DNA of 64,000 nucleotides from the human T2T-CHM13v2.0 reference genome, Homo sapiens, in assembly GCF_009914755.1 (NCBI RefSeq), contig NC_060934.1; one strand, given 5' to 3'. A program made the position numbers and the translations under genes. This document shows, piece by piece, positions 1 through 17,110 of the stretch (the stretch's first letter is position 1; each line of letters begins with the position of its first letter). The notes beneath the pieces were generated by a model that was not told where the DNA came from, made no database searches, and worked only from the letters and a program-made list of their open reading frames with translations.

Positions 1-50
1 GAACTTAGAATAAAATAAAATAAAATAAAAATAAATAATAAAATAAAATT
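1..50 (+). mobile_element. 3' end and A-rich tail of an L1PA entering from the left edge
   Basis: gaacttagaataaaataaaa... resembles the L1PA terminus followed by a (TAAAA)n tail. Confidence 0.55.
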
Positions 51-99
51 TTCCTGTAAACATAAAAAAAGAGAATAAGGAGCAAAATCATGCTCTTAC

Positions 100-1300
100 G
101 ATGAAAGCACATTAGAAAGACATGCCTACAAAACAGATGAAAACTGTAAGATAAAATTTCAATAGGAGCTAAAGGAAAATAATAAAAGCAATGAATGAAA
201 AACCTAAATTAGAATTGCTGAAGTTGTAATTAGGTGATTAATTTAAAAAAGCAACTTTTTAAAAGACAGATGAAAGATATCTATAAAGAATTAGATATAA
301 AATAAAAATGCATTTTTGAAATGAAGAGTGAACTAGAAGGAGCACAAGAACAAATAAAGATAATGGATAATCTTTGTCAATAGAAGATGTGAAAACTGAA
401 GGGTAATGTAAAAATAGTTAACAAAAAATTCAAGGCAACAAATAGGCAGAGAAGATCTAACACATGTATGTAAGAGTCCCCAAGAAAGAAAACAAATCTC
501 TACAATAGGGCACATTTTAAAATCTAGAATAAAAAAATCTTTCTCCTGAAATAAATAAAACCTGAGAGTATACTGAAAAGTTATATATTTGGAAAAATTG
601 ACCCAGAGTGGCGTAATATAAAGATATATTCTGGTACAACTTCTGGACTTAAAAAAAAAAATCTATAATCAGCAAGCAAAAAGACTAAGTCACTTTTTTT
701 TCTTTTTTCTTTTTCTTTTTTTTTTTTGAGATGGAGTTTCACTCTTTTGCCCAGGCTGGAGTGAATTGGCACGATCTTGGCTCACTGCAACTTCCGCCCC
801 CTAGGTTCAAATGATTCTCCTGGCTTAGCCTCCCAGGTAGCTGGGATTACAGGTGCATGCCACCATGTCCGGCTAATTTTTGTATTTTTAGTAGTGACAG
901 GGTTTCACCATGTTGGCCAGGCTGGTCCCGAACTCTTGACCTTAAGTGATCCACCTGCCTCGGCCTCCCAAAGAGCTAGGATTACAGGCATGAGCCACCA
1001 TGCCTGGCCGACCAAGTCACTTCTAAGGGAAAGAATAAGACATTATCATTAGACTTTCCAACAGTGATGTTTGATGATGTGGGGAAGGGAGTGACACCTC
1101 TAAGCTACTCAAGGAGAGCAAATGCAAATCAGTGTTCTAATATTGAGTCAAAATGACCTTCAAAGTAAAATATATATATATATAGTTGGAAGTATAAAAT
1201 TTTATAAACATGGGAGATTTCCAGGAATGATGTTAACACAAGTTCTTCACTTGAGAATGAATGTCAGATCTCCAAAAAGTCTAGAAGGACATTAACAAAA
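100..1300 (+). mobile_element. Old L1M ORF1-region remnant, interrupted by an Alu
   Basis: A-rich degenerate ORF1-like sequence (cattagactttccaacag, gtcaaaatgaccttcaaag). Confidence 0.45.
696..1009 (-). mobile_element. AluS
   Basis: Poly-T followed by reverse Alu dimer; TSD gac(t/c)aagtcactt at about 683 and 1010. Confidence 0.92.
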
Positions 1301-1746
1301 GGGCTGTCAATGTCTTAAAATCCTCTATTGGCTTCATTTTTCTTCAGAATAATCATTAGCATGACATTCAGGCATTTCCCGATCTGGCCCAACCTCAATC
1401 TTTTCTCTCCCAATCTCAATCTTTTCTCTCCCAGTCTTCTCTTTGGCATAGTCTACACTCCAGCCTCCTGGAAACTGTTTCCTAAAGTGCCAGATTCCTG
1501 TACATCTTTGAATCTGTTATTTTCTTTTTTAATATTATTATTATCACACTTTAAGTTCTAGGGTACATGTGCTCAACATGCAGGTTTGTTACATATGCAT
1601 ACATGTGCCATGTTGGTGTGCTGCACCCATTAACTCGTCATTTACATTAGGTATATCTCCTAATGCTATCCCTCCCCCATCCCCCAACCCCATGACAGGC
1701 CCCAGTGTGTGATGGTCCCCTTCCTGTGTCCAAGTGTTCTCATTGT

Positions 1747-5570
<3,824 letters not shown>

Positions 5571-5633
5571 TGTGATGTTAGCTGGTTCTTTTGCTTGTTA
5601 GTTGATGCAGTTTCTTCCTAGCATCGATGGTCT

Positions 5634-6649
5634 TTACATTTTGGCATGTTTTTGCAGTGGCTGGTACCAGCTGTTCCTTTCCATGTTTAGTGCTTCCTTC
5701 AGGAGCTTTTGTAGGGCAGGCCTGGTGGTGACAAAATCTCTCAGCATTTGCTTATCTGTAAAGGATTTTATTTCTCCTTCACTTATGAAGCTTAGTTTGG
5801 CTGGCTATGAAATTCTGGGTTGAAAATTCTTTTCTTTAAGAATGTTGAATATTGGCCTCCACTCCCTTTTGTCTTGTAGGGTTTCTGCCGAGAGATCCAC
5901 TGTTAGTCTGATGGGCTTCCCTTTGTGTGTAACCCGAACTTTCTCTCTGGCTGCCCTTAACATTTTTTCCTTCATTTCAACTTTGGTGAATCTGACAATT
6001 ATGTGTCTTGGAGTTGCTCTTTTCGAGGAGTATCTTTGTGGTGTTCTCTGTATTTCCTGAATTTGAATGTTGGCCTGCCTTGCTAGGTTGGGGAAGTTCT
6101 CCTGGATAATATCCTGCAGAGTGTTTTCCAACTTGGTTCCATTCTCCCCATCACTTCCAGGTACACCAATCAGATGTAGATTTGGTCTTTTCACATAGTC
6201 CCATATTTCTTGGAGGCTTTGTTTGTTTCTTTTTATTCTTTTTTCTCTAAACTTCTCTTCTCGCTTCATTTCATTCATTTGATCTTCAATCACTGATACC
6301 CTTTCTTCCAGTTGATTGAATCGGCTACTAAAGCTTGTGCATTCGTCACGTAGTTCTTGTGCCATGGTTTTCAGCTCCATCACATCATTTAAGGACTTCT
6401 CTACACTGGTTATTCTAGTTAGCCCTTCATCTAATCTTTTTTTGAAGGTTTTTAGCTGCTTTGTGATGGTTTAAACTTCCTCCTTTAGCTTGGAGAAGTT
6501 TGATCTTCTGAAGCCTTCTTCTCTCAACTCATCAAAGTCATTCTCTGTCCAGCTTTGTTCCGTTGCTGGAGAGGAGCTGCGTTCCTTTGGAGGGGGAGAG
6601 GCACTCTGATTTTTAGAATTTTCAGCTTTTCTGCTCTGTTTTTCCCCAT
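5634..6649 (-). pseudogene. Disrupted L1 ORF1
   Basis: ATGGGGAAAAACAG at 6649 lacks one A (early frameshift); fragment 5805..6383 is ORF1p (RPNLHLIGVP, RATPRHII) ending at a premature stop. Confidence 0.9.
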
Positions 6650-6677
6650 CTTTGTGGTTTTATCTACCTTTGGTCTT

Positions 6678-7187
6678 TCATGATGGTGATGTACAGATGG
6701 GGTTTTGGTGTGGATGTCCTTTCTGTTTGTTAGTTTTGGTGGTTCCAAGATGGCCGAATAGGAACAGCTCCAGTCTACAGCTCCCAGCATGAGTGATGCA
6801 GAAGACGGGTGATTTCTGCATTTCCAACTGAGGTACCAGGTTCATCTCACTGAGTCTTGTTGGACAGTGGCTGCAGGACAGTGGGTGCAGCCCACCGAGC
6901 ATGAGCCGAAGCAGGGCAAGGCATTGCCTCACCCAGGAAGCACAAGGGGTCAGGGAATTCCCTTTCCTAGCCAAGGGAAGCTGTGAGAGATGGCACCTGG
7001 AAAATCGGGTCACTCCCACCCTAATACTGCACTTTTCCAACAGTCTTAGTAAACAGCACACCAGGAGATTATATCGCACGCCTGGCTCGGAGGGTCCCAT
7101 GCCCACAGAGCCTCGCTCATTGCTAGCACAGCAATCTGAGATTGAATTGCAACATGGCAGCGAGCCTGGGGGAGGGGCACCCGCCAT
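6678..7187 (-). CDS. L1 ORF0-like reading frame extended to 169 aa across the inversion junction (translation unproven)
   Basis: gcaATGG at 7187 begins MAGAPPPGSLPCCNSISDCCASNERGSVGMGPSEPG..., the primate L1 ORF0 N-terminus; lies within ORF 6678..7571. Confidence 0.45.
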   Translation of the reverse strand: MAGAPPPGSLPCCNSISDCCASNERGSVGMGPSEPGVRYNLLVCCLLRLLEKCSIRVGVTRFSRCHLSQLPLARKGNSLTPCASWVRQCLALLRLMLGGLHPLSCSHCPTRLSEMNLVPQLEMQKSPVFCITHAGSCRLELFLFGHLGTTKTNKQKGHPHQNPICTSPS

Positions 7188-7682
7188 TGCTGAGGCTTGA
7201 GTAGGTAAACAAAGAGGCCAGGAAGCTCGAACTGCGTGGAGCCCACTGCAGCTCAAGGATGCCTGCCTGTCACTGTAGACTCCACATCTGGGGGCAGGGC
7301 ATAGCCAAACAAAAGGCAGCAGAAACCTCTGCAGACTTAAATGTCCCTGTCTGACAGCTTTGAAGAGAGTAGTGGTTCTCCCAGCACAGAGTTTGAGATC
7401 TGAGAACGGACAGACTGCCTCCTCAAGTGGGTCCCTGACTCCCGAGTAGCCTAACTGGGAGGCACCCCCCAGTAGGGGCAGACTGACACCCCACACTGCC
7501 GGGTACCCCTCTGAGACAAAGCCTCCAGATGAACGATCAGGCAGCAACATTTGCTGTTCAGCAATATTCACTGTTCTGCAGCCTCCACTGCTGATACCCA
7601 GGCAAACAGCGTCTGGAGTGGACCTCCAGCAAACTCCAGCAGACCTGCAGCTGAGGGTCCTGACTGTTAGAAGGAAAACTAA
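6738..7682 (+). promoter_or_regulatory. Inverted, complete L1PA 5'UTR: sense promoter on +, antisense promoter on -
   Basis: Begins ggtggttccaagatggccgaataggaacagctcc (L1 start with YY1 core) and ends gttagaaggaaaactaa next to the TSD. Confidence 0.9.
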
Positions 7683-10600
7683 TGAATCTGTTATTTTCTT
7701 TACTGGGATTCCCTTTCAAACTCCCACAAACTCCCACTTAGCCCTGCAAACTCTAACTCAACTTTTAATAGCAGCCAATTATTTGCTTAGGGCCCAATTA
7801 TGGGCAATGAGGTCTGAGATAACGTCTCTGAGGAATCCTCTGGGAGTCCTCCTACTTATAGGCAGGAGTCATCACAGGTCACACCAAGGAATGGCAAAAT
7901 AGAAAGGAAAATATCCGGGGTCAGCTACACTTTGGTTTGTCCAAGCACACTTTCCAGTACACTTACTGTGTTACAACTTATCTCTATATGCATGTTCCCT
8001 GATGAACTTCTTGAGCTGCAGAATTGACTAATCCTAAAATCTGATGTGGTCATTCACAGCTAAAGGCATCTGTAGCCTTTTGTTCTTCATATTGTAATAA
8101 TTTTCTTACAGATACTTCCCCCATTAATTCTTGAGCTCTTCCAGGACAAAGAGACTCAGTCTTCTTGTTCTTTGATTCTCCCTTGGGATATAGGCTCATG
8201 TCTATCACTCAGTGAACATTCAAAAATATTTGTTGAATTGTGAAAAAAAAAAGGCAGTTTTAACTTTAAGATACTTAGCCATAGTTACAAACACTTAAAA
8301 GGAACAGAGTATTAGCTGTGTCTGATGGAATATAAATTGATGAGATCAGTTCAACAAGCCAAATTTCAAATCAGTTTTGCTCCTCTGGAGTTGACCTCAC
8401 AGCGACTAATGACTTCCCAATTCTCCAGTTGCTTCATCAGTAGAGACAATCAGCCACAGCACTGGGGCCATACTGGGAAAAATGACAAAAGTGATCACAT
8501 CTGCCTCTGATCCAAGAACTTCCTAAGGTGCATGGTATGAGATACCAGGAGCCAAAGTCCCCGTGAGATCATGGGCACAGTTCAACAGGGTCCCATAAGC
8601 TTCCTAATGACTCCTAATCTGTGGGACAGGGAAACATTAGGCTCAAAACCCTGCAGGTCCCTCTGAAGTTTATTTGTTTTGAAGGTGAGATTTCTTTCTT
8701 TTCTTTTTTCCTTTTTAGATTTAAAGATTTTAAACATATGACGTCTTGCCTCGCATAGTTTCTATGGAAAGGGAGGCAGTATATCTGAGGATGGAAAAAG
8801 TAATTATTCTGCCAAAACTGTCTTTCACCAATGCTGAACGACTGGGCAAATTCACCACATTTTCCACCTTCTCACATGTCTTAAAAACCTAGTCGTTGCC
8901 AGTTTCACCACTGGTACAATATTGGTTATGCACAATTCAAATGTTCATCTGTAATGGCAAAACCCTTAATAATAACAATGATAGTAAAAATAACAGGCTA
9001 AATTTTGCAATTTATAAAGGACTTCCACATGCATTATCTCATATGATCTTCACAACGTTGTCTTAAGGGGGCATGAAATTTTTGTTCTATAGACACAAAG
9101 GCTTGAGGTTCATGTATAGTTAGTGACAAAACAAAAAACTTAGCTTTTCTGAAATCTTGTTTAACATTTTTTCACTATACACTGTGCACTTAAGACTTGA
9201 AAGCACCAACAATTATTTATTAAATTAAATCTAGCTCATACAGAATCAAAAGAACCTTCACTACTTAGGAGATTAGTAATTTTAAAAAAAGATGAAGTTA
9301 TTTTACCAAGATCATTCCCTAAGACAAACAAAAACAGTCATTGAGAAAGAGAATATGAAATGCCTTTATAATGGCACTAAAGTAAAGGTTGGATGCTTAA
9401 ATAAGTAGGAAAAGGTATGAAGTTCAAAGTAAACAAAATCAAACAGATTGCACAAATAAGATGAAAAATATAAAACAGCAAATACATTTGGTTAAAATTC
9501 AACTAATGGGAAAAATATTGAGACATTATTTACAGATTAATGTATAAAACAGAAAACTGGGTGTTTTGGCGTAAAGCAATTAAATTAATGGGTATGAAAT
9601 TCCTTCTCTTGCCTCCAGCGAAAAGCACTGGCAGTTTTCTGATGAGGTGAGATATACATAATGCAACTTTAAAGCACATACAAGGCGAGCGTAACATGAC
9701 TCAAGACAAAAATTTTTAACCAGAAGAGCTATAAAAACACCACTCTGGGCCATATAGAGACCACAGGATGCATAATATAGTATTTGAAAAAGATTTTAAA
9801 ATAGCACATCACATACAAACTTTTTTTAATCCTACACTAACATTAGAATAGCATGTCAGAGAAGTGAAAACTGAACGGGCAAATCTTGTCGTCAAAAGTA
9901 TACTTAATGAATTAAATCCTTTAAAAATTCTCAATACAGCCTATATATCCTCAAGCACAGAGAGTTTGTTTGTGTTCCTCTATCACAATAAGATCCTTGT
10001 TCTGTTCCCAGTTGTTAACAAATCCAACAACTTTAAAAAAAATTATTGCTGTTTTAGACTTACCTTACCCTACCAAATGTAGTACTTCAAAAATCAAAAT
10101 TAGAATATCAATTATTACCCTTGTCCTTGTGAACCAAAGGAAAGGAAAATTAGCTTGGGTAAAAGAAATGATACAATCGTTATAGTCTAGACTTACATAA
10201 CAAAAAAATGCATTACGTGTTGAGGGTAGCTTTAACGAATTGAATCACAAGAAAAGCAAAAAAATAAATGGAATGGTTGATTTGTTTCTGCTTCTCTAGC
10301 CTGATTTGACATAATTTTCTTAAATATCACAGATAAGTGTGATTTTTCCATTTTACCATGCCCTGGGTTGATTCTGCTTTAGATGCAGTATTCCATTTAT
10401 GAGGAGGTCTAAATTGTGAGGTACCATTGTGTAACCAGAGGCTTACAGAGTTAATTACATGACATTCTTAACCAATGATGTATTTGGAAGAACTTTATAA
10501 CAAGTATAAGGTGCTATACAAATGTAAGTAATATATTATCATAAAATAGCTATTATTTATAAAGCTATGTGTGTATATCTATGCATATGTCTTTTATATA

Positions 10601-11587
10601 GGAATATATGTATATATTAAATAATTTAAAATGTATATATATTTAAATGTCTTTCCTGCTTATACTCAGTAACCCACAGATTAAGAAGAGAAAAGTAATT
10701 CCCTGTTCAGGTTCAGACAGATGCTTCTAAACAGTGAGTTGTACGGATTAGGCTAAGAACAACACTTGAAACCATAATTACAAGAAAAAAATCTAACTAT
10801 ATGATGTATTATACTCCAAAAACAGGGAGTCTTCAATTTATGAAGAGATTGTTTTCCAAAAGTTTACTTGTTGGATCTGTTACATACATTTTTCTGAAGC
10901 TATGTGGTTATCTTCCCAACTTGGTAGATAAGAGTCTACTAACTCATAATGAATGTAAAATATAACATTATATTAACTGTAACTAATCTTAATCTTTATG
11001 AATGCTCTCCTAATATTCCAAGCCAGCTGTCTGGTCTCCCTCATCCTTTCTGCTGTGTACCTTTAGCCAATTTTCATATTAAATAGTTTGCAGAGGCCTA
11101 CTCTCTCATTTATCGAAGTTCCTCTGAAAATAAACACAGAGTTTAATGCAGAATTCCAGATGTGGTCCGACAAGAGCAGAGTGTAGCGGAATTCTTATCT
11201 TCTATGATCTAGACATGGTAGTTCTGCTGGTGTGGCAAACTCCATGAGCTATTTCAGCTTCATGTTACTCTATTTGTTCACATTAAGCTTTAAAGTTAGC
11301 TGAAATCCCTGTATCTTTAACAAGTGAATTATACAGGCCAGGACTCCCCTGTCCTGCCCTTACAGGATTTCTAGCTACCCTTTATTGCATTAATCAAGTT
11401 GAACAATTTTCCTACAAAAGAGAATCTTTTAGATATAAATTTCACCTTGTGAAACTTTTCTAAATCTATGTAATACTTAGAGAAACCAGTTGAGCTATCT
11501 GGATGTCTTCTTGAAGTAAATAATTTATCTGAGCATTCTTATGTCTAAAAAAATTCCTTTGGGAGGCAGAAAATGTAGTTTTCAAGA

Positions 11588-12140
11588 CAGTGGTTCTCAA
11601 ATTTTACTTTATATTGGAATTACCTGGAGAGTTTTTAAAACTTCCTAAGTTCAAATGCTATGGTTTGAATGTTTATGTCCCCTCAAAATTCATGTGTTGA
11701 AACTTAATTGCCTATGTAGTAATATTAAGATGTGGGACCTTTAGGAGCTGATTAAGTCATGAGGATGGAGCTCTAGTGAGTGGAATTAATGCCTTTATAA
11801 AAGAGGCTACACATAGCAAGAGGCCCTATTGCCCTTCCCCATTCTGCCATGTGAGGACACAGCAACCAAGTGCCATCTTGGAAGCAGAGAGCAGCCCTCA
11901 CCAGACACCAATGCCAGTGCCTTGATCTTGGACTTCCCAGCCTCCAGAATTGTAAGACATAAATTTCTGTTCTTTATAAATTATCCAGTCTGTAGTATTT
12001 TGTTATAGGAGCACAAATAGATCAAGTCACCCAAGTTGCACCAATACCAATTGATTCAGAATGTATTCATTGGTGGGTGGGAATGGAAGGCAGCATCATA
12101 AAGATTTCTACGTGAACCCAATGTTTGGAAACTACCAGCT
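11588..12140. mobile_element. MER5A-like hAT element split by an LTR
   Basis: cagtggttctcaaa...ggaattacctggaga on the left and ...tttggaaactacc on the right. Confidence 0.5.
11656..12029 (+). mobile_element. MaLR solo LTR (MST/MLT1A type, MSTD-like)
   Basis: tgctatggtttgaatgt...gccatgtgaggacacagc...ttggacttcccagcctccagaa...gtattttgttatag; TG...CA ends. Confidence 0.85.
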
Positions 12141-12174
12141 TAAGAGTAAGTCCCATAGTGAAAAAATTGGGGAG

Positions 12175-12345
12175 CACATCCTAGCATCCATCACTATCAG
12201 CAATGTGGCTTTCAGCAAACTACTTAACTTCTCTAAGCTTCAATTTCCTCATCTGTAAAATGGAGCTAATAAGATTTTACTCTTCAGGATTGTTAAAAGG
12301 ATACATATTAAGCATACAGCAAGATGTCTGGTATATGATAATACT
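12175..12345 (+). mobile_element. MIR
   Basis: Core acttaacttctctaagcttcaatttcctcatctgtaaaatgg. Confidence 0.8.
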
Positions 12346-12528
12346 GTTTTTTATTATTATTTTTAGAAAGTATGTGTTACCAATAGTTTACATAACTAAA
12401 ATAATCAATCTAATGAATAACCACTTGAAATTTATTTGATTCCACATGTCATTAACCCTTATGAATGTGTTCAAAATATATAACTCAGGTAACAACAAAC
12501 ATTGTACTGTATATTCAATGCCACTTTA

Positions 12529-12855
<327 letters not shown>

Positions 12856-13063
12856 CTATTATTAGATAATAATTCTATGTTTATATAACTAAAACCACTT
12901 TTATTCATTAATTCATTTGGTAAATTAGGAGCCTCAGAAATATAAGGTACTATGTGTTGTACATTGTGAGATTCAAAGATAAATAAAACCTTGATTAGTG
13001 ATTCTCAGCCCTGGTTTCACATTATAATTACTTGGGGTGATTTCTTAGAAATATGAATGCTCA

Positions 13064-13349
13064 AACTGGGCATGGTGGCTCACACCTGTAATCCTTTCGG
13101 GAGGTTGAAGTGGGCAGATTGCTTGAGCCCAGAAGTTCGAGACCAGACTCGACAACATGGTGAAACCCTTTCTCTCCTGAAAGTACAAAAAACACTAGCT
13201 GGGCATGGTGGCATGTGCCTGCAGTCCCAGCTACTCAGGAGGCTGAGGTGGGAGGATCACTTGAGCCCAGGAGACAGAGGTTGCATTGAGCCACAATTCC
13301 CCATAGCACTCCAGCCTGGGTGACAGAGTGAGACCTTGTCATAAAAAAA

Positions 13350-13415
<66 letters not shown>
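13064..13415 (+). mobile_element. AluJ with (GAAA)n tail, inside a MER5-like element
   Basis: Alu dimer; GAAA array at about 13352-13419; TSD agaaatatgaa on both sides. Confidence 0.9.
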
Positions 13416-13417
<2 letters not shown>

Positions 13418-16412
13418 AATATGAACTCTCTGATCTCATTCTCAATAAGATTTACTGAACAGGGATAGGATTCTGGAATAAAATTTTTTTTTAAGCTCTG
13501 AAGTTTATTTTAATGTGTAGCCAGGGTAGAGGATTACCTATCTGGATAATTTCTAAAATGTGTTGCTGTTACCTCCAAAATTATAGCATAGTGTCAACAA
13601 GTGCATATGTTTAAGTTTAAGAATAAACAGAGGGGAAGCATGTCTGAAATGGTGGAATAGTGACCTCCAAAAATCTTATCCTCCATAACAAAAAGAACAC
13701 AGGCAAAAAGTGGTAAAATCAACATTTTCTAGAACTCTCAAATTTAATAAAAGGCTTGCAACAAACAGCATCTATTCAAGAAAAATGCCTGAATCTCAGT
13801 AAGAAAAGTGAGCTTTGTGGTATTTTAACTTTCTCTATTCCAATCTCCCTCTCTCCAGCTCCACAGTAGCCTTGAAGATCAGCAACCTTGCAACCGCGGA
13901 ATCTGGGGAAATCTGCAGCCTACAAACCATAGGAGGGACAGAATAGGTTTGGAGCCCCACAAAAGCTCCATTCTAAAAACTGCCTGTATGGCAATTCCTA
14001 GGAAAAGCACCAATCACAAGCCTTGTCTTTACTTGACCTAAGACTTCACACAGTAAGTAAAGTCTTATCCCTAGAGTGTTTGTTATACAAAATCAGTGGC
14101 AATTATTTAACAAAAAAAAAAGCTGCTTGAGATAAGCATACCAGTTGCAGTAAATAAGAGGCTGGTCAAAAAAATTAAAAGAAAAATCTTAGAAGTGAGA
14201 AGTGTGTACAGAGATTTGAAAAACAACACATTCCTGGGAATCTAAAAGGCTACATACATGTGTCAGGTTCTGTGCATGCTCAGAAAAGATCTCAGAAGGC
14301 CTTAGTTTCTCACCGCTGGCTGACCTTGAGGTTCTATACAAGCAGAAGTGAAGTCTGAGAGTTGTAAACTGTAGTAATATTAATGCACACAGAACCCTTA
14401 TCACAGGGTGGCAGACTTAAGAGTGCAAGGCATTTAAGGAAATATCTGTCAACTCATTTGTTGACCAATAAGCTGAGTAGAAACCTCTGGAGTCATGCAT
14501 GACAAAAAATGCATATTTTACAGAATTAGCCCAAGATAGTTAATAACAAAATAAACAATAGCAAAAGCAACAACAAACAGCAACAAATACAGGCCACGGG
14601 AAGGGGAGAGTCTGACTTCTAGGATTTTCATATTTAATTATTTAAAATATTGCTTTTAACAAAAAATGTGATACATACAACAAAGGAGAAAAGTATGCCT
14701 CAAAGTATGCACCAGAGGAAAAAGCATTCAAGAGATTCTGACCCTCAAGAAGCTTGTATAATGTTGGCCTTATTAGAAAAACTTGAAAATCAGTTATTAT
14801 AAACATATTTGCGAAACTAAAGGAAACTATGCCCCAAAAAAGTTTGAGAAAAACTTTTCAGGAAGTAGTGTGCATCAATAAAGAGAATTAAATTGTGTTA
14901 AAAATTAAATAGAAATTCTGGAGTTGAATTTCTTCAGTTTAGTTGAAAGTACAATAACTGAAATGAAAAATTCATTAGATGGGCTTAACAGCAGATTTGA
15001 GCAGGCAGAAGAGACACTCAGTGAGCATGATAGATGGGTCAATTCAGATTATCCAATGTGAACAGGCAGAAGAAATAAATGAAGTAACATAAGCATAGCT
15101 TCAGAGACCTGGGGGACATCATCAAGTATGCCAACATACACATATGAGCATTCTAGAAAAAAGGAGAAAGAGAAGAGAAAGAGGCAGAAAGGATATTTGA
15201 AAAAATAATGGCCAAAAGTTCTCCAAATTTGATGAGAAACTTTACATATGCAAGTATCTTAATGAATTTTATGTAGAATATACTCAAAGAGATCCCCAGT
15301 TAGGCACATCACAGTGAAACTATTGAAAGACAAAGAATCTTGAAAGTTGCAAGAGAAAATGACTCAAACAAGGGAACCTCATTAAGCTCAACAGCTGACT
15401 TTTCATCAGAAAGTGTAGAGATGTTACCAAGATGGTGAACTTGGAAGCTCCAAACCCTCATTCTCCTATGGAAACATTAAATAAACAACTACAGACTGAC
15501 TCAATTTTATAAAAGCTTTGAAAATCAGCTCAGATATCTAAAGAAAATGCCAAACCACAAAAAACCCACACTTGAAACATAAAATTTCCTGGCACTTTTA
15601 TTTGCACTTTCTCCACCCCTTCTCTGGCACAGCATGGGGCAGTCAGGAGGCATTACTTTAAGTCTTATTTCCTTCCTTCAGCCGGAAGGACCAAAGTGGA
15701 AGTTGCTTGCCATGTTTTGGCCTATCTGTGGGCTACTTGAGGGACTGGTTTCTGTTTTATCTGACTCAGAGCTCAGACAGAACACCATGGCAGAGTCTAG
15801 ATTTCAGCTAGCAGAAGCTATGAAAAGCAAGGGTAGATACTGTGGCCTAGGAAAACTTCAGGGAGACTGCAGACTCACAGACACCTGGGGGCAAGAGATT
15901 ACAGGCACAGAAGTACAACTGAATGCCTAAGATCCCAAGAAGAAGCTGGGGTGAGCCTCTTTGGAAAATTAAGGCATTTAAGAACAGCCATGTATATGGG
16001 GGAAAAAAATTAAAAGCATACATACAGGCTCAGGTAGGATGAATGCTCAGAAAAGACCCAAGAAGACCTTCTGCTTTTACTCTGGGATGATCCCAGGCTC
16101 AGAAACTTGTTAATTAGTGAAGGTCTTCCGAGCTGGTCTGCAAAAACTGAGAGAAGTGGCTGTTTCTTTAAATGCCCAGTTTTCAACAGAAGATCTGAAG
16201 ACATACGAAGAAACAGGAAAGCATGGCTTATGTAAGGGAACAAATCTCCCAAAACTGAAAAAAGAAAATACATCAGACTTACTAGACAAAGATGTTAAAA
16301 CAACTGTCTTAAGTATATTGAAGGAACTAAAGAAAAACACAAATAATTAAAATAAATAAGGAAAATTATATATAAACAAAATGAGAATATAAACAAGGAG
16401 ACAGAAAAAATA

Positions 16413-17110
<698 letters not shown>

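Noticed and set aside
8758-8771. gtttctatggaaag resembling an RFX X-box in a ciliary gene
   Set aside because: Imperfect, single, deep intronic; expected by chance.
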